Positions 36,022 to 48,377 of a stretch of 64,000 bases of DNA are shown one piece after another. The notes below the pieces were generated by a model. That model was not told where the DNA came from. It ran no database searches and worked only from the letters and a program-made list of their open reading frames with translations. Position 1 is the first letter of the stretch. Each line of letters begins with the position of its first letter. The position numbers and the translations under genes were made by a program. This DNA is from Hydrurus foetidus (taxonomy: Eukaryota): positions 1 through 64,000 of the forward strand of contig UYFQ01000543.1 in NCBI GenBank assembly GCA_900617105.1, written 5' to 3'.

Positions 36022-37506
36022 ATGAAGAGAAGTGACAATGCAAGGGGTCGAAAGACTCCAGTTGCATCTATCGACGGAGCTTCAGCTCCAACTCTGCCGC
36101 CTCCGATATCAAAGAAGAAAAATCTTTCACTTATATTCTCGAAATTGGCGGAATTCGAGGATCAGCGACTTGACGAGGACTTTTTTCGAATCATTGGTGA
36201 GGACACAGAGTTTATAATACCTGTGGCAGATTTCTCCGCGGAACTGGCTGTTGTTACCGAGACCATTGCATGCAATCTTGACAGTGTTGAGAAACTTAAA
36301 AGACTTCATGACATTTTTCAGAAGAAATTAGATGTAGTGAAAGAGGTCGAGCACTCTACACCTCCTGCATTAGCAAACTGTCGCGCTACCCACAAAACTA
36401 AAGATCTGATGATTCTGGACTATTTGAGACTGAAACAGAATGTAGAAGCGTCAGAGGCATCCTACAAGGAAAAAGCAGATTTGTGCAGAAATCTTCAAGC
36501 GAGAAATAAGGAATACGAAGCTACATCACAATTGCTTCTTAAAGAAGAATCGCACAAAACTGAAGAGCTTAGAGCGCAGTGCATTGACTCTATCGACAGT
36601 ATAACGAAGCAGATAGAAGATGAAGAAGCAGCAGTTTTAGCCAAAAAGGAAGAAAACACCAGCTTGGGTGTAAAAATTACAGAATTTAATGGGCATCTAG
36701 TAATAAGAGATGAGCATTTAGTGACCCAGCGCAAAGCTCGAGTAATTGAGCAGCAATTACTTGAAGCGAAGAAAGTACAGTATGCACGAGCTGAGGAGCA
36801 ACGTGCTTCCAATAGTAAATCTTACCAGATACACATTCAACAACTCCTAGAGGCACAGAGAGATCTTGAGCGGCAAGTGGGATTATATATGGAAAAAGCA
36901 TCTAGCTTCGAAGCCACTCTAGATGATACTCGATCAGTTTTCCAGCAATTTGAGGACAAGGTAGCAGTCATGCTCCGAGAAGTAAGCGAGGAAGAGGATA
37001 AAATTTCTGAGCAAAGAGCCTTGATAACGGAGAAGGATAGAAAACTCTTAAAGATGTCAATATACATAATTTCTGCGAACAGAAGAATAGAAGAGATGGA
37101 TGCAGACCACAGCCTTGCAGAAAAGTGTAGAGAACTGCAGGCGAGAAGGACGGAATTAACGAATAGACTCGCTGGCATTCATCGATTGCAATCGTCAGGC
37201 ACAGATATAGGAACTGCCGATGGTGTTTTTTTGAGTAACATGGGACATGAAGATCTTCTCGATGATAGGCCCTCTGAAGATGTCGCTGATATCCGGTCTG
37301 GCAGAACTTCACCTCATTTGCCTGATACGTCATGGTCTCCAAGTATTCAAGGCAGTTCCAGCAGCAGAGCTTGTTCAACTCCCTCATCATCATCTTCCAG
37401 AAATTGGACAGAAACTGCAACAAAGGAAACCACTGCAGGAGAAGATACTCCTGTTTCGTCCCCCTCTGTTCATTCCCCTAAACGATTGAATGACGATATT
37501 AAATAA
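36022..37506 (+). CDS. Taxilin-family coiled-coil protein
   Basis: LCRNLQARNK, LYMEKASSFEATLDDTRSVFQQF and LAEKCRELQARR match taxilin-type motifs. The first ATG in the frame is at 36022. Confidence 0.7.
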   Translation: MKRSDNARGRKTPVASIDGASAPTLPPPISKKKNLSLIFSKLAEFEDQRLDEDFFRIIGEDTEFIIPVADFSAELAVVTETIACNLDSVEKLKRLHDIFQKKLDVVKEVEHSTPPALANCRATHKTKDLMILDYLRLKQNVEASEASYKEKADLCRNLQARNKEYEATSQLLLKEESHKTEELRAQCIDSIDSITKQIEDEEAAVLAKKEENTSLGVKITEFNGHLVIRDEHLVTQRKARVIEQQLLEAKKVQYARAEEQRASNSKSYQIHIQQLLEAQRDLERQVGLYMEKASSFEATLDDTRSVFQQFEDKVAVMLREVSEEEDKISEQRALITEKDRKLLKMSIYIISANRRIEEMDADHSLAEKCRELQARRTELTNRLAGIHRLQSSGTDIGTADGVFLSNMGHEDLLDDRPSEDVADIRSGRTSPHLPDTSWSPSIQGSSSSRACSTPSSSSSRNWTETATKETTAGEDTPVSSPSVHSPKRLNDDIK

Positions 37507-38384
37507 CCATGCAATTTTTCCTGTTCTGTCATAATTTGGCATGAAACCTTTACATGTTGAGCATTTTTACTGTCTTGTATACATTGCATTCATGATTGTA
37601 TTGTGGTAAGATCATTCCAATTATCAAATGTGAGAATTAGGATTTCACTTTTCAATATGGACCACGAACGAATTCAAATGACCTACAACTGTCATCGCCT
37701 AGCCGCGTATAGTCTGACATAGTTTAGTTTGACCTCTCGATCACAACAGCTTCTGTTGCTACAAGTCCACATCATTAACACAGCTCACTATTGCCATTTT
37801 AATAGGTGCCACCATAAATTATGCTGGGACTTTCATCTCCCATCAAATAGCAATTGTAATCGTCCACATACCCATAGCAGAATTGCTAACTCTCTGCGTA
37901 TCCTGATATTCTATTCAACCGCTTCGGCACAATGAATGAACAACATCGCAGCAATGTTCATTTGGAGAGGTGACCCTGACAGCCAAATTTAGGTGATCAG
38001 GAAATATCATTAGGAGAGGAATTATGCAGATGTTATCACAGAAGAAGTGAAGCTCTTTTATAGAAATAACCTAAAAATCTATGAGTATTTTACTTCGTAC
38101 TAAATTGCACGAAGTTTAGAACATTCTTCGTCATCCACATTATCCCCCCCCTCCCCATCCCTATCCCGGGATCCCGGACCAATGCCGTTACATTTGGCTG
38201 TATCTCCTACTGTACAGTTTCAGTCTGTGGTCTGTGGAGTCGTGGAGTCTTCCCATGGAAAGTAGAAACAGGAAACTGCAATCTCTTGTATCTCATCAAG
38301 CCTGCTCTTGCAAGCTGTAGGCCACGAGGCCTGGGTTATCAATATCGCTTTTAAATATCCTTTCGACGGCCATAAAAAAGTGCG

Positions 38385-39020
38385 ATGCCGGTAAAAGTTC
38401 TCATGCTATGGACCTCAATCTTCACCGATGCTAAAACGCGAAGATTGGAAGATTTGCTCATATCAAAGAAACTTGACTACGAAAAAGTAAGTTCTAATCT
38501 CCCCTGTCGCATAAAACTTTATCTGAGTCTCTGATACCGATTCCGTTCTCAGATCGATGGAGCGGAGCCAGAGCACGAGATACTACGGGATGAACTCTTC
38601 GCCATATCTGGGAAGCGGGCCAAATATCCTCAATGCTTTATCAATAATGCTGGAACATATCACTTTGTCGGTCTGTGGGAAACGGTCGAGAAGCTAGTTG
38701 AATGTGATAGCTTGTCAGATGAAGTGTTGGCTGATCACCCTGAAATAGAAACATTTACATCTGTGTTTTTCAGTAGAGAATCCAGCCATTCGACGCTAGT
38801 TCCTCTCAGCCGGCGCCAGACAATGCGTAGAGGCAAAGTATCAAAAATTGGAAAAGGGGAACATTTGGACAGCGGTGACAGAGGTGCAGTGGAAGAATCA
38901 ATGCTCAACATTAAAATAGACTCAGACGATGAAGATTTTGATGTCACAAAGTATGGGTCCCCCAAGAGATCACTCATCAAACAGCTGTCAGGCAATATGA
39001 CAAAGAAGTCGAGAGTGTAG
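38385..39020 (+). CDS. SH3BGR/glutaredoxin-like thioredoxin-fold protein; exons 38385-38486, 38553-39020
   Basis: Spliced product MPVKVLMLWTS...LLISKKLDYEK|IDGAEPEHEILRDELFAISGKRAKYPQCF...FVGLWE. It has no CxxC. Both exon lengths are multiples of 3. Confidence 0.8.
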
Positions 39021-40228
39021 ATACTCGGAGTCCCGAGCAGCTGAGAGCAATTGTGAAATCTAAGATACCTCCAGCAAAGAAAACCGTGACGCTTGATTCT
39101 GAATACAGTGGCATTTTTCAATCATTTATCTAATATTGGCACCGACTGTGACGCTTTCGCAGCGCTACTGATCATGGACAGATCGTGAGATATTCACAAT
39201 ATTTGACCTCTCCTGACGATAGCTATGTTTCTGTCGATTTGAGACCCCACATTGAAATGTGGGTTTCCAAATTTGAAAACAATATTATTTCACTCCGACG
39301 TATAGAAATTTATTCTACAATCTCCGGATAATTTTATAGGATGGTAGTCATCTGCCAAATTTTATTGATCGATTCGATGGCGCGCATGGTTGAATTTTTT
39401 TGAGCTCTCTGTCTATGAAAGTGATATCACTGCTTATTACTTAGCACCATTGATCATGAGATCTTGATATTTTCCAATGGCCAATTCGATTTCCGTTGCC
39501 TAATAGTACTGTAAATAATAAGAGTTAAAAAAAATAAAAAAATGCTAGATAATTATCACATTTCCACACTTTCATCAAATATGCACGAAGCATTTCACAG
39601 TGAAATCGATATTCAATTGCGTTTCTTTTGAAGCAGGTGCTCTTGCAAGCAGAACAAGAGTGGCAATTATCCGATGCATCACACAATTTATTTGCGTTGC
39701 GCACACCATTAGAGAATGCTCATCTCGATAAGTCAGTAATGTTTCAGTATTCTGCTGCTAAAAGTTCCAAATTTCCTCATTTTTCTTATTTTTGTAGCAA
39801 CCTACATCCAGTGATACTAGACGAGTATAAGTGTGTACTACACCTCCAAAGAATTTGTTTCGCAAGAATAGACGACAAGGAATAGACTGTATTTCAGTCT
39901 TCAATGAGGTGCGAGGGTTCACATCGAAGAACTTGGATCTGTCATCTCCAGCATTAGCATCAGACATCAGACCGCCGTTACTTTGTCGAAACTGATAGCT
40001 CGAGCTCGAGGGCTCAGGGCTCTGAGATTTATGCTGCTTCAGCCTCAGAAAAGCAAATGGAAAGGATCTAACAATCAACCAAAATGCAAATCAATGAAGG
40101 AACGACTGTCCCCCTCGTCGGTGGCGTAAAATTCTCCGATCTCACCCAGAATTTCCGCATTTTTCAAGAGTTTTTGTCATGAATGCTTCTGACAAGGCAT
40201 CTCAAAACCCCTTGTTTCTTCAGGACTG

Positions 40229-43200
40229 ATGAACATGGATACCGCAGATAATCAGGGATCGGGTGTCGACGGATTGCTGCGCAAGTCAGACTCTGAAATC
40301 ATCGAAAAACTCGTTGAAAAAATAACAATCCAAGCTACGCAGCTTGCGAGTCTTGGACATGCTTTTAATGGATCGGCAGATTGTATCGAGATATGTGAAG
40401 GTGGAGTTCTAGAATCCGTGCACAGATCTCTTTCAAGAAGTTCCCAGGACTACGACAATGTGGAGCATAGTAAGCGTAACGTGGCTGCAATGCGTATGAC
40501 GGAATTAGACCTGAGGAAGCGACTGGAAGATGCTGAGCAGTCACTTGCAGCCAAAAATTGTAGAATAAATGAACTTCAGGGGGAAATTAGCTGCCGGGAT
40601 CGCCAACTAAAATTAAGTGAGAAAAAAGCCCTTGAGACTGGTCGAGAAGTGCAGAAAATGAAGGCAGCGATGGACTGCTCGCAACACACATTGAGATTGT
40701 CGCAAAAGTCCTCAGATTTCGCGACCGCTAACACTAAAACCATGTCTGCGCAGAAGAGCGAGATAGCGGCATTAAAGGCCTACCTTATCAGCTACCAGAA
40801 GAGACTGGATACTTCGCAGAAAACAGAACGGTCTCTGGCCTCTAGATTGTCGATTTTAGAAGATCAGATCGATGCGCAGCAACCGATGCCCGACCAATAT
40901 GATATGGGAGTCAAAGTGCGTGTATTGACAGAAAGAAACAGGCAATTGAAAGCCGAGCTGGAATCAATGAAGGCCGGTGTAATGAATTCTCAAGCAGTCG
41001 GGACTCAGCCCGATGGTGTTGCGGGCTTTGAGGTGTCATTTAGCAATGAGAACTTGTATGAGAAGGGAGCTAGCAGTCAAAAAGATTCTCATATTGCGTC
41101 AACTGCACCTCATGATGATAAGAACTTAAATACTACGAATAAATCTCATACAAAGAGCACAAAGAAATCGGATGTAGCCGACCATGACGACTATTTGTCA
41201 TCTGAAGAATACGCTGTGCGTCTTAAAGTTGTTGAGCGGGAGAGAGACGTTCTCTTGGAATTCATCAAGGTCAGAAAGTGGTTTATTCTCTTTGCCCTAT
41301 GGACTAATACTATCCTTTCCTGTGGGTGATTATTTACGTGTATACACAGAAGTATGTACATTTCCTTGTCATATATACTGAATGCATGTACAGCAATTTC
41401 TGTGCGTGACAAATGTATACACATTGAATTATAAGAATTGTATCTTATTTGTGTAACAATACTTGTGTTTGATATCGATTTATTACCATCTACCACAGGG
41501 TGATATGCAAAAAAGTTCTGAATGCAATGCTGAACTCAGAAAAGAACAGGAACGAAACCGCTTTCTCGAGAATGAAATAATAAACGAAAAAACGAAGAAT
41601 CAAAATCGGTCCAAGGTCCCTTCAGCAGAATTGCAAAGTTCGAAAGGGGATGACGTACTACATTGCGAGGGATTTCAAAGTCACGATACAGTGGTGACTG
41701 CTACGTACAGAGGAAATGGAGTGGTGCAATATTGCGATTCAAATGAGAGGCCAACATCGTTTTCTTTTTCATCACCAATCAACAGTAAAGTACTTCTAAA
41801 CGACCCAAAAGATGCCTCAAAGTATACGGAATGTCGGACTGAGAGGACAGAGCTGATGGACGACACGGAATCCCTACGACATTTTAAAGGGACACTGACT
41901 GAACTTGCATCAGATTTGATGAAATTCGATAAAATTGAAGTGAATAAGAATTCTAGCCGCATTTCCGTGACGCCTTTCAAGAAGGGTATTTCAGACAGCG
42001 ATCAAGCGACACGCAGCTACTCTCACAACTATCTTAGAGGACTTGGGAAATCAAAATCAAATTCCTCAGTTATCTCTGATAGAACGAACACATCTGTTTT
42101 AAAAATCTGGAATGAAGGGTCAGGATCAGGACCTAGAACCAGACTCCATATTCCTGAAAAGCAGCCCTTGACTTCTTGTCTAGACACGCCTTCTACTGCC
42201 AATGCCCTGGACTCTGGATCTGTGATTCCGAGAAGTACGCGTCACGAATCTTGGGTCAGTCTTCCTTCTGTAGCCCGTATCTCACAGCCACTGTATACAA
42301 AACTCAAGGAGCTTGTGGAAGATTTACGACAAAAAGAAGATATGTGCTCGGAACTTGAGTCAAGACTGGAATCTATCGTGGAAGAAAATGATATTTCAAA
42401 TGTTGAGTTTGAAGAGGAAATTATCAAACTTACCGAAGCACTCTTTCGCTCCGAGAAGAAACATGACGAATTGAAAAAAGATCACAAAAAAGAGAATCGC
42501 CCCAACCAATTTAGTGAGGGAAACGCGATAGAAGTGTTACGGCAGACTCTTGATATTCTGTGCAATGTGCCTGGGGGATGGGAACAGTTCTTTGACAGGA
42601 ATATTATCGAGTACTTAAACATTGCTGACAGGCATGAAATTGAGGTCATAGATGGCTCTTGTATTTCACATGATGATAATGATGATAATCCCTCGGGGGA
42701 GAATAGCTGGGCTCGGACCAACGACCCTCTGTGTGTGGGTTCCCCTACCCCCACAATATTCCGTGACTCTCAGCGAGAGCCTTCGAATAACGGATTTGAC
42801 AGAGTAGGAGTAATCGGTGCAAATGCTAGCACTCCATCATCGTGGAGATTTCATCGCAGTTCAGAATCTGTAAATGCAGCGAAGGATTTCCGTTCTTTAT
42901 TAACGTCATGTATCATTGATGAGAACTCTCCTTCCCCTCCTCCTCCACCGCCACCTCAATCGCAACCTCCATCAAATTTCATCCTATCGTATAAGATGGT
43001 GCCTGTACTTGTGCAACGTGCCGTGTCTATGGTATGTGCCATCAGCGCAGAGCTGCGTGATAAACATTCCCAATTGTTCTCCGCCCTAGCCGATCTCAGC
43101 ACAGTGCACACAGCTCTAGCATCGTCTAAAGCGGACAGCGGCATACTAACCAGCCGTTTGGAAAGTTTGCAAATGAGAGACATGAATAGAGTAGAGGCCT

Positions 43201-44359
43201 TTACTCATATCGAGTCCTCCCTTCAAAACGATCTCACCCGTTCTCGTGAAGTCACTTACGAACGAGAAATTGAAATTGTTGAGCTGAATAGAAAGGTAAG
43301 AATTCTTAAATTTTATCAAATGCTCCAATCTCTTCCGTGATACATCAATGGTCACTACGTTTCACACGACCATGGGCATTCAATGTGTTTTTGATTACTT
43401 TGAAATCGTCTTATCTACAGATTCAGGATATGACTAAAAAGGAATCGATGAGAGAAGCTGTGGTACACATTTCTCGCAATGGACTCAGGAAGGAAAAACA
43501 CCCGATAATAAGCGGCTCCAGCTCATTAGCAAATCAATTAGTCCCTCAGTCTGCATTCCTATCCCAGAATAACAGTGCTGCCGTAAATCATGCAACTCAA
43601 ATGAAGTCGAAGGAATTACAGAAACGAAAAAAAGATTTCAGCTCTGCAGGGTCCCCCTCAGATTCCAGTCCAGTGACCCCAGGTCCACCTCCCAGACTCA
43701 CAAATAGAACACCCAGCAAAAATACCCCCAAAGGGATTTCAGAGGAAATGGATTTGGAGGACGACAGCTGTCAGACCCCAGATACGGAACATTCCAGCAT
43801 TGAAACGGAACATTCCAGTCCTGAGAGTAGCCTCCACCAAGACTCTGATAATGACAGTATAGAATCGTTTCCAGATTACGGCAGCGTTGATTGCCGATCA
43901 TCGAGGGACACGAATGACACTCCTCCATCCATCGAACTTTCCTCGGGTGCGTCACCCATATTCCGATCATTCTCTATGGGTCAAGAATCTCATCGGTCCT
44001 CAAAAGGATCGTTAGAACTCCCGAAACTGACATTTGACAGAGCGGGTAACAATCATGCATCTGTGGGTAGCAGCAGCAGAAATCAGAGACGTGGGGAGGA
44101 TCTTGAACGTCAATATTCCGCCCACTCCCTCTCAACATCCGATCCCAGAGAAACCATCAAAATAATTTCAACACAGAGGAGCGCCAGTTTTAGTAGCAGA
44201 AATTTAATAGATTGCAAAAAGTCTGACGCTGCTGCGTCTCATCCGAAATCAAGACAGGAGAATTCAAGCCCTACGAGGCAACTGGACTCCCTTCTTAGAA
44301 AAGCTAAAATGACTTTTGCTGCTCTACGAAAAGAAATCGAACTTGAATCGAGTTACTAG
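40229..44359 (+). CDS. Large coiled-coil/disordered protein (~1258 aa); exons 40229-41269, 41499-43295, 43421-44359
   Basis: Three long ORFs are joined in frame by phase-0 GT..AG introns. Heptad-rich segments and a Ser-rich tail. No family recognised. Confidence 0.8.
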
Positions 44360-44655
44360 ACTACTTAATTATTTTACATTTTATTCAATAAACTCTATTT
44401 ATTCCTTTACAAATTTAACAAATGTGTATTCTTCAATGGGCAGTTATGTTAGTACGATACTCCTCGAAATTTGACCGCGACAAACGTTGTATAATTTTTC
44501 ACAGTTGAAACAGTCATAAATCCACAGCGACAAAAAAGCACGTGCAGACAAAAACGATGGAAAGAACCATACAGAGGCGGCGCGAAATGATATTAGCAGC
44601 TGCAGTTGACAGAGAAAAGCCCTGGGTACTTCTCGGTTAATGAGAAGGCCCGAGT

Positions 44656-45474
44656 TTAAGCTACTTCTCGCGGTATCGGACTGTTTTGAACCTGACCCAT
44701 AGCGACAGCATGCAGAATATATGACGATTTATTCCCGAAGTTTTCGTGTGCTTGCAGCCAAGCATTCAAAGATTCTTTGAATTCACTGACATCTCCTTTG
44801 AGAGGTTTAATTCCTCTCTGGAGCAGCGCCTCTCTTAACTCCGCGACGCACATGTCATCCAGTCCCTCTGAACGTAAAAGTATATCGTCCTTGCATAGGA
44901 ATGAGGATATCCTCTCCATCATGTGCAGCGTCAAAAACTTCGGGGCAATGCGATATATCATGTCGTGCCCGTAGACGGAGTTTGCGCCAGCAAGCAAATT
45001 TATATGTTCTTGTGATAAACACACAAGAGGGAAATGTTGACTGCTGCTTAAAGAAGCTTGCCTGTTACTGACGTACTTGAAAAGTTCCAGTGTATAATGG
45101 CATCTTTCATCGTATTCCTGAAGCTGAAATGTTTCTTTTTGTTCGTCGCTCCAGAACTGAGACGTTAGGAGAAGTCTTGGGTAAGTGAGAGCGACAATCA
45201 TCGGTACTGTACCCACAACCGGAATACTCTGAAGTGCTGCAAAAATCGCCAGCTTTCCGAGGTCATCGAAATTCTTCTTCAACGCAAGTTGCTGTCGCCT
45301 TGTCAAGATTTTACCCTTGTTACGGTCTTCCCACAAATAGTAACTGGTTTTCGTCTCCTGAAAAACTTTTCCGAATCCCCCTGGAATCTGCCGAGCAAGC
45401 CGGTAATAATCAATTGCTAGCCTCTGCACGACGCCCACTTGGGAGACGAGGAAGCGCCTCTGGGACAGATTCAT
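44656..45474 (-). CDS. LETM1-domain protein (LETMD1-like, mitochondrial)
   Basis: LTRRQ...DLGKL, TM IPVVGTVP, YPRLLLTSQFWS.EQK and DDILLRSEGLD.M...ELREALLQRGI. Confidence 0.85.
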   Translation of the reverse strand: MNLSQRRFLVSQVGVVQRLAIDYYRLARQIPGGFGKVFQETKTSYYLWEDRNKGKILTRRQQLALKKNFDDLGKLAIFAALQSIPVVGTVPMIVALTYPRLLLTSQFWSDEQKETFQLQEYDERCHYTLELFKYVSNRQASLSSSQHFPLVCLSQEHINLLAGANSVYGHDMIYRIAPKFLTLHMMERISSFLCKDDILLRSEGLDDMCVAELREALLQRGIKPLKGDVSEFKESLNAWLQAHENFGNKSSYILHAVAMGQVQNSPIPREVA

Positions 45475-45829
45475 TTGAATGTTTGTAAGAATATGGGTCG
45501 ATCGTCGATCTGGGATCTGTTTCCCAACGCAGCAGACAGTATAGTGCAGAGGAGGGTTCTCAGTCTCTTTTATCGATTACCGAGTACTCACGGTACACAC
45601 GGTTCAATCAGACTGAAACTGGCCGGACGAAACCTTCGATAAGCTTTCCAAGAAGCTTCCAGGGTAGGGATCAAGGGGTAATACCTTGTAGGGATGATCT
45701 GAGATAGACAAACCCACTGGAACTTCAAGAGAGCAGCCGACGTTGGAACTTTGTCTGTTTTATCGCTTGAGATGCTTCATCAATAGGGGGTAAAAGTGCA
45801 GTAATCTAATCGCGAGGTTGCTTTGGAAA

Positions 45830-48339
45830 ATGAGAAAAGTAACACTCGTTCATCTTGATCTAGGAATCGGTACGTTCTTCGATTACACTATCGCATCAGC
45901 TAGCTACCTGTTACATATATCATATAGTAAACGAAGTACTGCATATTCAAAGGCGGCGCTGAGCAGCTTATGGTCAGCATTGGCTGCGCCTTCCAGAAAA
46001 TGGGGTATAAAGTAAAGATCATTACATCACACCACGACCCTAATCACTGCTTCGAGGAGACCAAACCCGGAGGTAAATTTAAAGCGATAGCAGATCTTTT
46101 AAAGCTTCGTGTATTCAAATTCTGAACACCGCCTTCCATTCCTGGTTGTGGACAGGCAAGCTTGGTGACTGCGTGGAGGTCTGTGGTGACTGGTTACCAA
46201 GGCGGATCTTTGGGAAATGCACTGCATTCTGTGCCATTCTTCGTATGATCTTCATATCGATCATCGTTGTCATAAGGCATCTCCGCAGCAAGAAGGCCCA
46301 TGTCCCATCCGGTGAAGTGCATGGATGTGCCGATGATGAAATTGTTTTCATGGATGGAGTCTCCGCCTCGCTGCCACTATTCTTTCTGGCCGGGATGCCA
46401 ACTATTTTCTACTGCCACTTCCCTGACAAGGTAAATCAGAACTTTTCTCTCCTTTGACCTGTTCATGAAGATACAAGTAGAGGGATGTCGAGGTGTTGGC
46501 TGTAATTGAAGAGGAGTAACATTCTTCCTAACATTCTGCAGCTGCTGTGCACGGACCGCGAAAGTTTCTTGAAAAGAATGTATCGAACAGTAATTGACAT
46601 CCTCGAGGAGATAACGACTGGCAGCTCATCCTTAATAGTCGTCAACTCAAGTAAGTTTCTAGTAATTTTCTTCTTCTGCAACCCTTTCTCTTGACCTCAT
46701 ACAACCTGTTGCAAAAATCATCAGTAACATAATCATTTAAGCTTTGTCATTCCTCCAGAATTCACAGCGACAATTTTCAGAGAGTCTTTTCCATCTTTGA
46801 CTAAATTTCGATATTTAAGACCAACGGTAAGTCAATTATGTATTTTGTAAATGATCGTACTTCTAACTCAATAATATTTGAAGTTTCTAATGCTAAAATT
46901 TCCTTGCAGGTGCTGTATCCAACAGTTGAAGATAATCTCACATCTATCAAGATGAGTAAAATAACACCGGGACGGATTTCTTATACTGATGGATATGATA
47001 CAGTATTTCTCTCCTTGAATAGATACGAGAGAAAGAAGAACATTATTCTCGCATTAGATGCACTGCATCATCTGAAGACAATCGCCCCTATGTGTCAAAA
47101 CAGCCAAGTTAACCGTAGTGTCCTGCTAGTTGTGGCCGGTGGCTACGACATCACTGTGTGTGAGAATGTGGAATATTTGCAAGAACTTCAAGCGCACTGC
47201 GCATCACTAAACTTACCGTACACATACGAGCAGTACGGTCAAAAGGGCCCTACATGCAGTGATAATGGTGGTGATAAATCGTGCGCACATGTACATGATG
47301 GGGGCGTACGTGTGAGTGTTGTGTTCCGCACCTCTATACCCACGGCTGAGAGAGAGGCCCTCTTGTCTCGCTCTGATGCCTTGCTCTACACACCTGACAG
47401 GTGAGCACTCCATACGTCATGATGGCACATGCTTTGCTCTGTTTTCTTAGTATGTACATGCCGTATAGAGAAGTGTTCTTGCGACTACAGTGTGATTGCG
47501 TCACAGTTCCTGTACTGATTGAAATACTAATTGCTGATTACTAATTGAGAGAGCTTCCGGCCCATTACTCTTATCTAGCGTATTTCCTCCTGACGTACTT
47601 GTCTTCACTCTTCGTACGTGCGTACGTCGGTCTCCTATTTTGCAATCCTTCATTGTTTCAGCTTCTGAGCCGTATAACTCAACTGACACAATTACTTGTC
47701 ACTTCTCCTATTCCCCCCTAGGGAGCATTTCGGCATCGTGCCTATTGAAGCGATGTACGCGGGCACACCCGTCATATGTGTGGCCAGTGGAGGTCCCCTT
47801 GAGGTACTTTGATTTACTCCAGATAATGTGCTGATGATATGAGACGATGTGATTCATTCAGGTCGCGTATCACTGCTGATAAAATTTGACTTGATTGGAT
47901 TTGATTTGACTTGAATCGATCCACTTCAATGCTGGATCCAGACTGACGGAATTTCTGTGGGGAGACAGTCTATATTGGTGTCGGTTAATGTGTCTGGTCT
48001 GTATCAAGTGATAAAATAGATTCAATCGGATCAGATCAATTGCACAACACATGTTGCCTCTGTCTGGTTATCGCACCCTGCTCCATGATACTGTTTGTCT
48101 ACACAAGGGGGCATCCCTTGGTCAGACTACAATATCGACACCTGTCATGTTTTTGATATCATGCATTTGAGTGTTTATCAGCACATCCACTCCGTGCCTG
48201 CCCTATCGCAGGAAATGACTTATCTGTCACTTGATCATGATAGATAGGTCTCAATAGCTGACTTCACAGCTGTCTTACCAGCTTCTATCATTTTCTAGCA
48301 TCGGTTCTCATCGACCAGACACTTCGATATTTTATTTGT

Positions 48340-48377
<38 letters not shown>

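Noticed and set aside
39628..40078. Possible small minus-strand gene (MSDANAGDDRSKFF...)
   Set aside because: No convincing exon chain or homology, and it lies in the upstream region of the coiled-coil gene.
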